Source of the DNA: Tubiluchus corallicola
Taxonomy: Eukaryota > Animalia > Priapulida
Direction: 5' to 3'
Assembly: GCA_030141605.1 (NCBI GenBank)
Contig: JAQGDQ010000018.1
Location: 620,001-684,000 of the forward strand
DNA: 64,000 nucleotides
The notes under the pieces were generated by a model. That model was not told where the DNA came from. It ran no database searches and saw nothing but the letters and a program-made list of their open reading frames with translations. Shown piece by piece: positions 37,501 to 49,400 of the stretch. The translations under genes were made by a program, and so were the position numbers. Each line of letters begins with the position of its first letter. Within the stretch, counting starts at the first letter, position 1.

Positions 37501-39717
37501 TTTGAATTTCTCTTTGCATGTTTTGTACTACTTCAGTATCTGCAGATTTGATAAAGTGCTGGTTAGGTTTAAAATAGGGTTTTGTGTGTATGTGTTGTGC
37601 TTCTAATATTGTTAGCACTAGCAACAAGTGTTTTTTGCTTTTCTGTTGAGCAACGTCTATGGCTGTTCTGTAGTAACTTTAAATTTTTTCAGTTTACCTG
37701 CTGCTTCCACAGAAAGAGACATTCATCCATTATCTAGAACATCATCTTCAAGCAGTTTGGCTTCCAGTATATGGTTGGATAGATTGCTAAATGAAGGTAA
37801 GCATTTTTCTATATGCAGTTTGGCAAGCTGCGCACCTAAATGCAGCTGTTAACATGTGACCTCTTGATCTTTATGGTTATAGCTGGATTAGAATCCATCT
37901 CGTTATCAGGGATAATCAAGATTCTGAGATGAGACACTGAGCCTTCAGAAATAGCCAGACCTGATGTAAATTTTTCGAGAGAACTAGCCAGAGCAGTGTG
38001 GTAGATCAAGCAACCCAAAACAGTTTTCCCATTGGTCACCCATACATTTACGAGAAAAGGTCGGCATTGCTTAACTTTCCAGCCAAACACACATTGTGAA
38101 CCGCTGTTCCTTTCATGTACACTCACACATTTTAAAATCTTTTCTAATTGTTCATTCATTGTAAAGTTTATTTTATGAAATTATTATTAAAAGACCTTGA
38201 AGCAGTACACAGGCATATTGTTTTTATAGACATTTCCAATTTTGGAACAGCAACTTTGAAGCAACTGATTGCTGGTAACAATATTGACGACATAATGAAG
38301 CAGTATCCTGGTTACGCTGCTTCATTGTTCTTGCCTGTTACGACAAGTAAAAGTGAGCAAGAAAAAGACACGCCAGTCTGTACTATTCCTAGGTAAGTAA
38401 AAACCATAATTTACTAAGCCTCGACAAAACTTGCAAATAGTCAGCCACTAATGTATCTTCAATCTTTATATTTTTGTATGAAGTTGCTGCTGTTTTAGAA
38501 ACTTAATAGAATAATACAATGGCTCGGTACTTACAGTAAAGACTAATTGATACTACCTTGAGTTTATTGCCATTTCGAAGAAAGATGTAAAATTAACAAC
38601 TGAAAAGGGCCATGTTCCCCGCTTTAGTTCAGTATATTTTCTTTAATTATGTAAGGGATATCAATCCTACCCAGTCAATTAAAAAGTGTTTTGCTTAAAG
38701 TGCTGCTCTTGTGTCTTGGTGTATGATAATTATAAATTAAGCATGTCCCCCTTGAGAATTATTTTTTTATTATTGTTGCTTCTTACTTACAGCGTTCTGT
38801 CCTGTAGTGGCATAAGACCTCCATATATTCCACCTCCAAGCGGACCTGGTGGCATGTCTGCACGAATACTTTCCCCTCCAATGTCATCTTTGAAAGAGAC
38901 TGTAGAACCAGAAAATTCTAAAGTTTCTCCAGAGCGTAAATTATCTGATAAGTGAGTTATAATTTTTTTATTCAATCAGTTCTTATGCAGCAAACGTTTC
39001 TCTTTGAAACTTCGATGCAGTCAGTAACATTGTCTAACAGACTGTTTATTAGATAAATATAGGAAAATTAGACATTTGGTCAGTAATTTAATTTTATAGC
39101 AGGACCAAAAAATGTTTTCCTTCTTTTTATTTTATTAAAATGTAAGTATGAATTGAGCTTATGATAATCCAGATTTGTACATGTAACAAAATTTCATTTA
39201 GCTGCTTAGTTTCGTGTAACAGATAATAAGATCTCTTAAAGTTTTGTGTCAACTGCATCTAAACTTCCAAAATGAAGAAATTGTTCCATATTTGAACAAT
39301 GATGTTCAAAAGTCTTTTAACAACCATGTTTTTTGTGGCTTTACTATTACATAAATATGTGCATGCATTTTATGTAATTGTATTAAAGTTTGAGAATTTG
39401 TGCAACTGAATGTGTGCTCTCATTTTTGCAGATTGGCAAATGTTGGCATTCAGGATATAAGAACAGGTGATAATCTAGTGCAGATTACCACGACTGCTGT
39501 TCAGCTTCTTCAGTCATCATCATGTGCAACACCTTCATTTGCATTAATGACTACAAAAACTTCTGTTTCTATTTCATTGCCAAAAATGTTACCCATGGAC
39601 AATTCAAAAAAAGTTCCATCATCTTTACCAGAGAGCTTTGACCTTTTTGCTCGATTATCGCCTATTGGCCGCCTGAGAATTAGACCTGGTTCAAGAAAAG
39701 GTGATTATCTTATTTAG
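1505..39717 (+). CDS. TRAK1: Trafficking kinesin-binding protein (TRAK1/2, Milton): HAP1_N coiled coil plus Milton domain; multi-exon
   Basis: GT-AG, phase-consistent exons: 1505/1521-1655 (5' end uncertain), 2389-2595 ([23 protein letters not shown]), 19452-19528 ([25 protein letters not shown]), 26160-26276 ([16 protein letters not shown]), 29259-29365, 29972-30065, 30332-30410, 30544-30674, 30924-30998, 31189-31403, 34777-35007, 35214-35503 ([20 protein letters not shown]), 35611-35757 ([25 protein letters not shown]), 35895-36003, 36953-37021, 37367-37417, 37693-37796, 38230-38392, 38793-38951, 39432-39717. The motifs are hallmark TRAK/Milton sequences. Confidence 0.93.
5507..11301 (-). 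pseudogene. Cryptic antisense multi-exon (pseudo)gene nested in the TRAK intron, weakly discoidin/F5-8C-like
   Basis: AG/GT-bounded minus-strand segments at 11301-11243, 10178-10059, 9019-8900, 7703-7344, ~6790-6574 and 5904-5507. Segments 9019-8900 and 7703-7344 are stop-free and join in phase 0; others carry stops. Domain resemblance is by eye only. Confidence 0.4.
12165..12300. repeat. Degenerate CT-rich (polypyrimidine) microsatellite
   Basis: Imperfect (CT)n/CTTT tract seen directly; it accounts for the low-complexity ORFs here. Confidence 0.85.
12827..12938 (+). CDS. Candidate alternative first coding exon A of TRAK
   Basis: ATG with upstream in-frame TAG, 37 codons + 1 nt ([37 protein letters not shown]), then GTAAGT. 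Phase 1 matches the acceptor at 19452. Confidence 0.6.
14072..14079 (+). promoter_or_regulatory. TATA box upstream of candidate alternative first exon B
   Basis: TATAAAAG about 60 nt upstream of ATG 14134. Confidence 0.4.
14134..14290 (+). CDS. Candidate alternative first coding exon B of TRAK
   Basis: 52 codons + 1 nt ([13 protein letters not shown]...ACIYCLLF), donor G|GTAACT, phase 1, upstream TATA. Confidence 0.45.
14352..14455. mobile_element. Small palindromic MITE-like element
   Basis: Imperfect long inverted repeat GTTTCACAAAGC..CTAAGTTAATGACGTCGTTAT / ATAACGACCTCGTTAAGTTAG..GTTTTATGAAAC; TSD unclear. Confidence 0.5.
17494..17608 (+). CDS. Candidate alternative first coding exon C of TRAK
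   Basis: 38 codons + 1 nt ([38 protein letters not shown]), donor G|GTGAGT, phase 1, preceded by a relatively CpG-rich UTR-like region. Confidence 0.62.
21067..24706 (-). CDS. Nested antisense gene: secreted Pro/Tyr/Gly/Gln-rich, basic and Thr-rich (mucin/cuticle-like) protein of ~730-736 aa
   Basis: Exon 1 24706-24451 (or -24469) encodes a signal-peptide-like [21 protein letters not shown] and YGP motifs and ends in phase 1. Exon 2 23021-21067 has a polypyrimidine-CAG acceptor in phase 1 and contains the 633-aa ORF. It lies wholly within TRAK intron 19529-26159. Confidence 0.85.
24980..25016 (-). promoter_or_regulatory. Putative TATA + Inr core promoter of the nested gene
   Basis: Minus-strand TATATAGG about 25 nt upstream of a TCATT Inr-like motif, about 280 nt upstream of ATG 24706. 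Confidence 0.35.
27061..27665. mobile_element. Helentron-associated (DINE-1/HINE-like) non-autonomous element
   Basis: Subterminal inverted repeat ATAGTTGCCCA (27086) / TGGGCAACTAT (27652), GACA microsatellite near the 3' end, terminal hairpin TTGCTCA..TGGGCAA. Confidence 0.5.
31500..32580 (+). mobile_element. Decayed non-LTR retrotransposon (CR1/L2-group) reverse transcriptase
   Basis: Fragments [52 protein letters not shown] with stops and frameshifts. Confidence 0.88.
33290..34260 (-). mobile_element. Decayed hAT transposase with C-terminal dimerisation domain
   Basis: [55 protein letters not shown] is a hAT dimerisation-domain signature; upstream frames are broken. Confidence 0.85.
37883..37932 (+). 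CDS. Candidate alternative short terminal exon of TRAK
   Basis: TTATAG acceptor in phase 1 after exon 37693-37796 gives (A)[15 protein letters not shown] then TGA at 37930-37932. Confidence 0.4.
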
Positions 39718-41283
39718 TTGAGGATTATCTGTGGCTTTTGAGTCTGAGAAGTTAATATTCAGAGCAAGAATAAATGGTTCACATCTCATTGCGTAAGAAA
39801 GGGACGGCAAGGTCTATGAATTCTGAAATGGCTATGCAGTCATTTCAAAAGTGTAAATGTTGTATAGAATCTATATTTGAACCAACTCGCAAATTCATTA
39901 CACTGTAGTGTAAGTTGAGAATGCGTAGTAAAAAAATTTAATGATACAATAATTATTTATCAGTTTGTAATTTAAGCATGTAGATCCACCTTTTCTACTC
40001 CTGTCATGGGGATAGATTTGTACGTAATAGTGAGGATTGTTGTACAGATATAGATATTTTCTGCAGATATTGTTTGTTTTTGACTTTTTGCAAATTAGCT
40101 TTTTTTCTTTCTCATGATGCTAAACAGATGGAAAAAATTAAAAAATGAATTTAAATCTGCAAATAAAAATCATGGCAGGTGTAACTCGTGCAGTTTCAAA
40201 TGTACCATCCCATTAATCATGACTTGTATTACAATTGAGGCTATGTTTGCAATAAATATAATAAATTGAGAATAAAGAATGTTCTCACGGTACGTCTTGT
40301 AGTAGTCACTGGAAGGAAATTTTAAGAACTCTTACATCATCTTGGTGATTTATTTCAATATTAATTTTATTTGGGATAAAAATGCTATGTTTTTTTGTTA
40401 CTAATTTATATGATCAATGGATACTGTGATATTAACTTGTTGCAGAATTATTGTTTTAGTGTTTTCTTTACTAAGTTATATAGGCACAATGCTTTATTTG
40501 TAGTACTAGTTAGATTGCTTTTATGCATTGAAAGAGTATAAAATGTTCAGCTTTTAAGAACTTTTAAACTTTGCCATATTTATAGACTACGTAAATCAAT
40601 ATTGATCTCGAAGTGGTTTTTCAATGTTCATATAATTTGTAATACGTATAAATAATTATTATGAACTGGTTTTGAATGAATTAAAGAAACATTTTTCTGC
40701 AAATATGTTAAGTCAGATAGTGTCAGATTTTAATAATTTAAATTAGTGTAAATATTGTTTTCACTATTTTTTGCTACAGTTATAATAAGTTTTAACAAAC
40801 ATAGCAATCTGAAAAATAATAACATTATAAATAAGCAATATTTTTCTTGTTTGATTTTCTTGCATACTTCTTAAATCTTAATAAATCTATTAAACAGCTT
40901 AAAAACACAATGGAATCAACTTGCTCCCTCAAATTTACAAAGAGCTGTTACATATTTGTCAGATATTACTCTGTAGTGAATTGTTGAAAGTCAAGTGTCA
41001 AAGCCCATAAGTTTTGGACAATGAGTCAATTTGTGTTAAGAGTTTTTTTATCTAAAAATAGTAGACGAAATGATGAAACTGCAAAGTGCTAGAAATGTTA
41101 AAAACAAAATAGTACGAGGAGATAAAACTGACCTTAAACAGAGGAGACAAAGGAGGAAGATCTCATCAAGCACTAAATTCAATTTGTAATATTATGATTC
41201 TCATAACTGTATAACATAATGGAAATTAGAGTTACCTGGGATAGTACTTATTTGGACATATTTCCACGCATGCATTGTAACTA

Positions 41284-41892
41284 CAGTCTAGTCTCGTTAT
41301 CTCGCCACTGTCCGTCTAGGGCAAATTTTTGGCGAGAGGCGAGTATAGCGAGATAACGGGAATATAACGAAGTTAGTCTATATGTATATATACATAATAG
41401 TTGATTAACATAGTGTTCCTCTATGTGCATATAAAATATATTTCGCATTATGATACCAATCAATATTAAATCAGAAATGAACTTCCTTTTTTTGTTCAGG
41501 ATTAAGACAAAACAGTTTTCGCTTCAGAGACATCGTGTAAAGTTGCTCGCACTTTGTGGAAACTCAAACTTAAACGCAGCTTTGGCGCTTTAGTTTCTCT
41601 GCGCATTAACCAAGTACAGCAGCATTGTCTACAAGCAGCATTGCCTACATACTGTTATATTGATCGACACGCAGTATACGTATTGATCGATTCACCTCTG
41701 AGTTTGTCTGTTTGGCGACATAACGAATATAGTTTACATAAGCACTCATCCTAGCATGACGTGGCGAGGGCGAGAAGTGAGGGTGGCGACTTAACGAGGT
41801 AAATATCAAAGCAGGAAATCCGTCCTGGTACTTTCTATGGCGAAAGACGAGTTTGGCGGAATAACGAGGGGCGAGATAACGAGGCTAGACTG
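41284..41892. mobile_element. Tc1/mariner (pogo/Tigger-type) MITE
   Basis: TIRs CAGTCTAGTCTCGTTATCTCGCC / GGCGAGATAACGAGGCTAGACTG (1 mismatch), TA at 41282-83 and 41893-94, internal GCGAGATAACG-like repeats. Confidence 0.9.
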
Positions 41893-42987
41893 TATTTATG
41901 TTTAAATGTGAGACAGGATGAAATGCATTTACTGATCCTATTTTCTCAAACTTTTTTGAGATTGGCTAGTGTAGAATACAACAAAATATTGAAATGATTT
42001 TATTTTAGATGGGAAAACAATTCATTAAAAATGAACTTATTTGTATATTTATAGGTATGGCCTTCCAAAAAATGTAATCACAGATTCTTAGCTCTATAAT
42101 TCGGTAACTAATTTTAACCCTCAAAATATACAGCCTAGCAAACAGTTTAACTTAGCAATCAGTTGGGAATGTTTTATAAAAAAATTAAAATTTACATCAA
42201 TGGAAATGATTTATACGCAACCAATTATCTCAATTATTATTGGTACCATTTCGAAATGACAGATTTTAACATTTTTGTTTCAGCTTAAGTAGGCTTATGT
42301 TTGAATTTACAATAAAGAAATTACAAACATAGTAACACAGCTATATTAAAATGTAAGTAAAGTGCAGAAAGTACTTATGAAAATATTAGCAGTTAAAAGA
42401 AAAATATTTAATATCACAGTTAACATCATTAGTTTGCCAACCAAAAACTGATTAGTCAAATATGCTCAGTAAAGCACTATGACTTATGATTACACTGAGA
42501 TGAACCAAACTGAACTTAGTAATAGTTTGGAAATGGAACAAAAAATACTACTTTGAGTGTCATGACAAATTTGTCTAACTTAATAACTCACTGATCATCA
42601 GTTAACAGCAACAACATATCTACTCGAACTATTAATTAAAAATACAAAAAATGCATCTGATTATATCTTACAAGAGTTATTTTATGAATGCACATTACCT
42701 AACATAGTGCAGTAATTGTGAAAGTAACAAGTCAGAAAAATTGTTCTTTTTACCTGAGAGATGCAATGGTGCATGAGAATTCAACAAAGAAGTTTTAACT
42801 ATAAATAACCAGCTGTGATAGTGTCAGTAATAAATGAGGGGGTTATGTAGTTATCTTTATTACATAACATCTCGACTAGCACACTAGGAAATACAGCTCT
42901 GTTGTCAAATGCAAGGCATAACTGAAGTGTACAATGAAATGCACACAGTCATATCAAAACTTCATAAAACTGTCTGACTTTGAATAT

Positions 42988-45900
42988 TCATGCCCGTTGA
43001 CTACGTGCAGCTCGTTTTGATTTCAGCGAAGAAAGAGTTAAACAAGCATCTTGAATTTCAATAAACTTCTTTTCTGCTTCCTTTTTATCTTTTGCATTAT
43101 GGTGCTTGTCAGGGTGCCACCGTTTAGAGAGCGAACGACAGGTTTTTTTGACATTATCTTGTGAGGCATTTTTGCCTAGACCGAGAACCTGGAAAAACAG
43201 TGTCAAATCGTAAGCAATACTTTCCACATTTGTTGTAATAAGCTAATAACGTGACAGACTTTTTGTTAAGTTCACAAGACATTGCCACATAACTAAAAAA
43301 CAAACTTAGCTAGCTAATTTTTTGAAGAACTCCATTTTGTTTTTGTAAAATACAAATACATTTTCATGAAAAACCCGGACCATAAAACCACCTATTGAAT
43401 TAATTTTTGAATATCTACTAATTTATCATCAGTGAACATCAAGTACAGCTCACTCACTTTATCTAGAGCTTTTTACTAGAATATAGAAGGGCAAAGTACT
43501 CTTTTCTCGGTTTGCTATTTTCATAGATATTGATTATGCTACGGGTTCAACATGGACACCAAACAACAAGCAATTGTGAACAAAAACTGAAAGGCTAAAA
43601 GCAGAAATTTTATGAAATGCTGTTTTATCCCTGTGATTGTAAATACAGCTTTACAAACGAAAATATGTGAAGAAAAACATCCAATATATTAAACACAAAA
43701 GATCTCATGTGATTAGCAAACCACTCACCTAGAGGTAGTGGCAATGTGGATAAAATGGGCACTGTGAACATTATTTCTTTTAATTTAAGAAATTAGGTTT
43801 TATAAGTCTCCCACACTTTAACACCATATCAAGCCTTTTATGTGACTTACCTTCAGTGCATGAATTTCTCCCAAAGGATCAAATTGCTCCAACAATACAT
43901 CATACACCGAAGACCAACCATGTTTTTGCGCATGTTGATAAACATCTATCATAGCTCTTTGGAAATTTTGCCATGCAGGCGATCTGATAAAAATATACAA
44001 AAATTTACTTCCATACAGCACGAAGTTTAGATTCTCTAAACAAGTTTCTGCTAGTTAATGAATTTCACTAGTTAACGTGACATACCAGAACTTCATTATC
44101 CCAAAAAAAGTTAGCTTTGAAACAGAATTAAAAAATACCAAGCATAAAATTCTGCATCAGGCACAATCTCACAGGAGATACATAATTTGGATGGTAGTGG
44201 TAGACTGAAAAAGGATACTAAACTGATAGAGGTGTCTTAGCCACAACATGACATGGAGACACCATCCCTAAATGAGGTAAACAGCCACAATGAACATGAT
44301 AAATGAGACACCATCCCTAAATGAGGTAAACAGCCACAATGAACATGATAAATGAAACCACAGAAGATGAGCACTTAACCCAACGATCACCCATCCACTC
44401 ACTGATGACCAACCTTGGCAATGTTTAATTTTGGTTTGTTACACATTGTGACCAAACAGCTATTTCACTAGCTTTCATACTACTGCATAAATATACCTAA
44501 AAATGTTAAATTCAGTAAACATTCATTTAGGGAAGGCATTGAAAATTTGTTGTGCTTTCAGTTAAGATCCAGTGGTTTATAAAGTTGACTACATTGTCCT
44601 ATTGCTTCCAATCAGCACTCACACAATTAATTTATTTCAATTTATAAACAAGAAGTTGTCCGGCACACACGTTCATAGTAGTTACCTCTTGCTGTATAAT
44701 GCTGACTGTACAATTTCAAGAAAATTACTCAGCTTAATTAAATTGTAGAATTACAACAAGCTGCGATAATTGTAATTAACAGTTTAAGTAAATATTGCTG
44801 CTAATATGTCACCTTGTACTGAGTTTGACTTCTGAGTTTTGCCTACTTTAGGACAGCAGAAGAAGTTGGCATTATAAAGAGGTGCCTATGCAAATATAGA
44901 CATTTTGTTTTACTAAAAATTTGGGTGTTAAGCAAGGTTGGCATTATAAAGGGGAGCATTATACCGAGGTCTGGCTGCATACTTAAACAATACATTATGA
45001 AAAAACACCAAACGAAAAAATCATCATGATCAGATTTACCTGAAAAAATGTTTCACAGCTTCATGTATTTTTACAGTTTCACCAGTACCATACGTTACAG
45101 TTCCATTCCAAAAAACAAATGATGTCCAAAGACTGGAATATATTAGAATACTCATCGAAAGCAGAACGATCCTAAGAAAATTAAGAATTTAACTTTTGAG
45201 ATAAAATTATACATAATACATATTTGTACTTTTACATATATATATATATATCATGTTAAAAGTTCATATCACATCCAAATTTTATTATGATATACATATG
45301 TCCAATGTAGCTTCACCAAAGAAAAAAATTTAATGACAAATGTTAAATAAGGATAGTGTAAATCTCCATCTGTCTTCTGCTGATAGGTAAGCGAGATACA
45401 GGAAACAGAGCCTGATAAATAATCTGCTAACAAACGTTATGATAGCTGCTGTTAAACAATTACCTGCCTTTTACAAAATCCACGTTGTTTCCTTGGTTTT
45501 CGCCTAAAGTCCTTACCCATCCAATTAAACATTACAGCTGCAGAAACAGCTGAGTAAGATATGCCACTGGGATTGAATCTGCAGTATACAGAAGAGAATA
45601 ACAAAAAACTAAAGCATACTTAATCTTTAATAATATTATTGCAAGAAATACATCTGCTAATTTTTAAATTGTATCTAATAATGTAGTGATATAGGTAACT
45701 TATCTTGAGTGAAGTTGATAGGATGAACTTCACATATAATGTAATTACTCATTTCAGGAGAAAACGAAGTACTGTGAGAGTGTGAGCCTGTAACAGACAC
45801 ATTTTTTTGTACATTTGCCTAATGGAGTGAGTGGCCACAGAATGAGCTTCGCTATGAAATATAACCAGCACTCAATCTACTTTGATGCAGTTTCATCTAT

Positions 45901-48176
45901 TAATTCTTATCACTACTTTATAGGAGTTGACAAATTATTACAGGAATTTTACAAGTATTGGTTATTACTAACTAGAGAAGAAAACAAACAGTACTGCATT
46001 AACAAAAAAGTTAGTTCAAATTACCTCTACAAGATTTTGCAAAAATGCTCCAAGCTTGGGCAGCAGAGCAAGAAAAGCAGACAAAACCTAATTTTCAACC
46101 ATTTGTCAGATTCTGACAACTTAAAGTACAATTGAAATGACGACTATGGCAGTAGCAACTACCTTGACAACAACACTAACCGCCAATTAAATTGATAAGA
46201 ACCTGAAGTATCAACAACAGTCACTGCCACAACCACCAGCAGCAGCAACACCAAGAACAACAACAATACAAGTATACAACTTAAAATTACATATATTTCA
46301 GAAAGGCAAAAGGCTGAGCAAAAGTTCTCCTTATTGTCTCTTTCATTCCTGCTCTAATTCTCTTCTGCTCCTCAACTTCTTCCCACACTTTTTCTCTCCC
46401 TTTACTGGGTTTTCCCCTCACTCTATATCTATGTATAAATCTATTTTTTGATTATATTAGTTTCATTTCAGTGAAATTAATTTTGTCTGTCTCTCCTCAA
46501 AATTGAACCTAGGACTTTCCAAATGGAAAATGAGCAAACAACCTGCCAATCAAGCTTAAAAGTAACAAAAAAAAGCTTTAGCATAGCAGCAAAAAGTTTA
46601 GGGATCAAGTTACAATTCCAGCACAGGCAGTATAAGCCTATAATACTAAAAATAATTCACTAAGAGCTCTAAATCTAGATCATAAGAGTAATTTAAAATT
46701 CAGCTCAATCATCCAACTTCAATCACTTATACATGCATTCATCATTTTTACACAGCATGCACAAATCTTTTAAAATGACAAAATAGACATACCTGTACAA
46801 TGGAAAACATAAGTATGAACCTAAGACTGCCCACCATATACGACCAGTTTCTCGGCCTATGTTCCCTACACAATGAACACCTGAAATTTCATAATTTAAT
46901 TGTCAGCATTTTACTTACAGCGTTTATAAATGAACTATTAACCAAGTTTATAAACTCAAATGAAATTGTGAAATTGCAGTGTGCATAAATTTGCTGTTTG
47001 TAAACTGAGCTTTTAAAGACATGTGTCAATTACACAAGTTCTGGCTAGAGTGTTCAAATTATTTCTAACGTTATTCATTGGTGACTATAAGTTCCACTAA
47101 ATAATGCGGAAGTTTTACATTTATAAATTTGTTCTCACGTGCAAGTTTTTCATGCCTTGCCTGCATGTAGGTAATGCGAATGTGTGCTTAACCCACTCAA
47201 TAAACAGCCAACATTGTTAACTGTAACTAAATTAAAAGATGTAAACTAAACTAAATTGGCACAACTGCTAAATACATTTTTATGCAAACTTTAATGTAGT
47301 TGTGAATGTGATTACCAGTCAACTTTATTCTTAATTTTGTCAAACCTATCTACATGAAAAGGCAGAAGACTAGATGACACTTTGGTCCCTCCCTGCCATG
47401 CTCCATAGCAGTTATCTAACATTTAACTAACACTTACTGTAAACGATATTGGAGCAAATAAATGTTCTATGTCTACGTCACCAGGCCATTAATTTACGAA
47501 ATTGTCTCCCAAGAAAAAATAGCTTCTGAAAACACCAGTAAATTTAAAAGTGCAATGAGAGTGGGGCGCTCAATGCCATCTATTTGCTAGCATCACTAAA
47601 CCATTCATTGGTGTCATGCACGCTAAGTAATGCTTAATTATGAAAATAGTTATCAGCACAAAAAAATCCCACATTGTGAAAAGGAAACACAAAATTTTGT
47701 CAACAATTATTTGAATGGTAGTTAAATCGAAAAATTTATTGTAACTTTCGTTTTTACTGCTATCTGGGGTCAAATTTTTACTCACCTATTGCCACTGCGA
47801 AAGGCACTAGTATCAACAAAACTCGATATGGATGCACGCCAATTAAATCCTCGGGCATTGCTAATCGTGTTAGATACCCAAAAAGAGTGCCTAATATCAT
47901 TTCGCCTGCAAATCTTGTTGCATTAAATTTAGGTTGTTTTTCCAACTGAACGCGAGTAATATAGTATTCGATAAATTCGCTTGTTTCGTTAGCATCTTCA
48001 ACGTATTCTGGAATTCTCCAGAAGTCCCGTAGCCATCCCATGCCGAAAACGCCACCAAGAGTGCACCACCAAGTAAATGCATGCCTGTCCCGTCCCAAAT
48101 ATAAGTGATGTAATCCAAAAAAGCCACCGAAAAGCCACAGTAAATACGTAGTATATACACTCTTGTTACTTTTCAT
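42988..48176 (-). CDS. DNAJC22: DnaJ homolog subfamily C member 22 (wurst): N-terminal TM2 domain, multi-TM, C-terminal J domain; ~351 aa
   Basis: Exons 48176-47786 (YLLWLFGGFFGLHHLYLGRD), 46880-46793 (VGNIGRE), 45578-45468 (GC donor), 45171-45040, 43983-43851 (SPAW..DPLGE), 43188-42988 (WHPDK). Total 1056 nt in one frame. Confidence 0.93.
44256..44355. repeat. Perfect 49-bp tandem duplication
   Basis: GAGACACCATCCCTAAATGAGGTAAACAGCCACAATGAACATGATAAAT at 44256 and 44305, in a DNAJC22 intron. Confidence 0.9.
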
Positions 48177-48501
48177 CTGAAGTCCACAATGCCATAAATT
48201 AGAAAATTAATGTTAGCACCAAAATACACGTTATCGTGCAAGTTAATCAAACTAGACGCTGATTACTCAAAATGTTGTTATGATAACTAGCGCCTCCAGT
48301 TGACATACGTAAATAAAATAAACTCAGTTTGGTAGTTATTATGCTAGCGATCTAGTTTTCTTGTTATTTTGTTTTATAAACTTAAAATTTATTATTAGAA
48401 TTAATTACTTTTATTTATTGAAGAAGAAAATTAAATATTTCGTATTCAAAAGTTTAGTACATTTTACAAAAACAACATTTTTCAAATTTTTCCCGCCGAC
48501 C

Positions 48502-48583
48502 GTCGTGGTGGCCGAGTGGTTAAGGCGTTTGACTCGAAATCAAATGGGCTATGCCCGCACAGGTTCGAATCCTGTCCACGACG
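48502..48583 (+). tRNA. tRNA-Ser (anticodon CGA)
   Basis: Acceptor stem GTCGTGG/CCACGAC + G discriminator, A box TGGCCGAGTGG, anticodon arm TTTGA-CT CGA AA-TCAAA, long variable arm GGGC..GCCC, T loop GGTTCGAATCC, downstream T run. Confidence 0.95.
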
Positions 48584-49109
48584 TTAATATTTTGGTATAC
48601 TTTCGTTTATTTCTTCTACTTTCACTTTATTAATTTCCAACACTCACGTGTGACAAAACTATCTATTCAGCTACTGCAATGTTAAGTACAAAACCGAAAG
48701 AAGGAAAGTCTCCGCAACCTAAAGTGACCTAGTCCCCCCACGCGATTTAAGTTCAAGGAACGAATGCAATTACATAGTGCAATTTCGATTAAAGATGAGA
48801 TGTATCAATCACAAATAGCCAAATAAAATTAATCATTTTAACTCTATGTTTTTATAACATATTCTTGTTTTTACTTAGCAGTTAATATAGGTTAAAACGT
48901 GGTGTATATTACATTCTCTGATACAATTCATTTTAGACTTACTAGCTTAGCTAGTTAATTTCACAGTGACTTCATTTTTTATTTTAAACGAAAATCAGAC
49001 CCAATGTTAAACCATAGCTCAAAATTGTTTAAGACATAAAATATCAAGAGAGCAAAATACTGTTTTTTTCAAGAATGATAGATTTCCGTGAAGCAATTAG
49101 TTCTTATCA

Positions 49110-49400
49110 TTGAGGAGCGTGTAAACATAGACTTCAAAGTTACGTTCAACAGTATGTCATATTGAAGAAATCTGCAAAAAGGCTGCTAAGCCAATAAATG
49201 CCTTAAAAAGGATGTCAAAGTTATTTAATAAAGATAGTCATATGACAATTTTTCGGTCTTATATCTCTGCAAATTTTAACTATTGCAGCCCGATTTGGAA
49301 TACTTGCAGTGCTGAAAATATTCTCTATTTTAACTCCTTCAGCAACGCGGTACTCAAAATAGGTCTTATATGACCTATGACTTTTCTCGCACTGCATGAG
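49110..49400 (+). mobile_element. LINE reverse transcriptase C-terminal fragment
   Basis: HIEEICKKAAKPINALKRMSKLFNKDSHMTIFRSYISANFNYCSPIW, typical of the post-RT region of CR1/L2-group LINEs. Confidence 0.75.

Noticed and set aside
44256-44355. Direct repeats considered as a CRISPR-like array
   Set aside because: Only two adjacent copies with no spacers in a eukaryotic intron; a simple tandem duplication.
48361-48633. 90-aa ORF over the tRNA
   Set aside because: A translation of the tRNA gene and AT-rich flanks.
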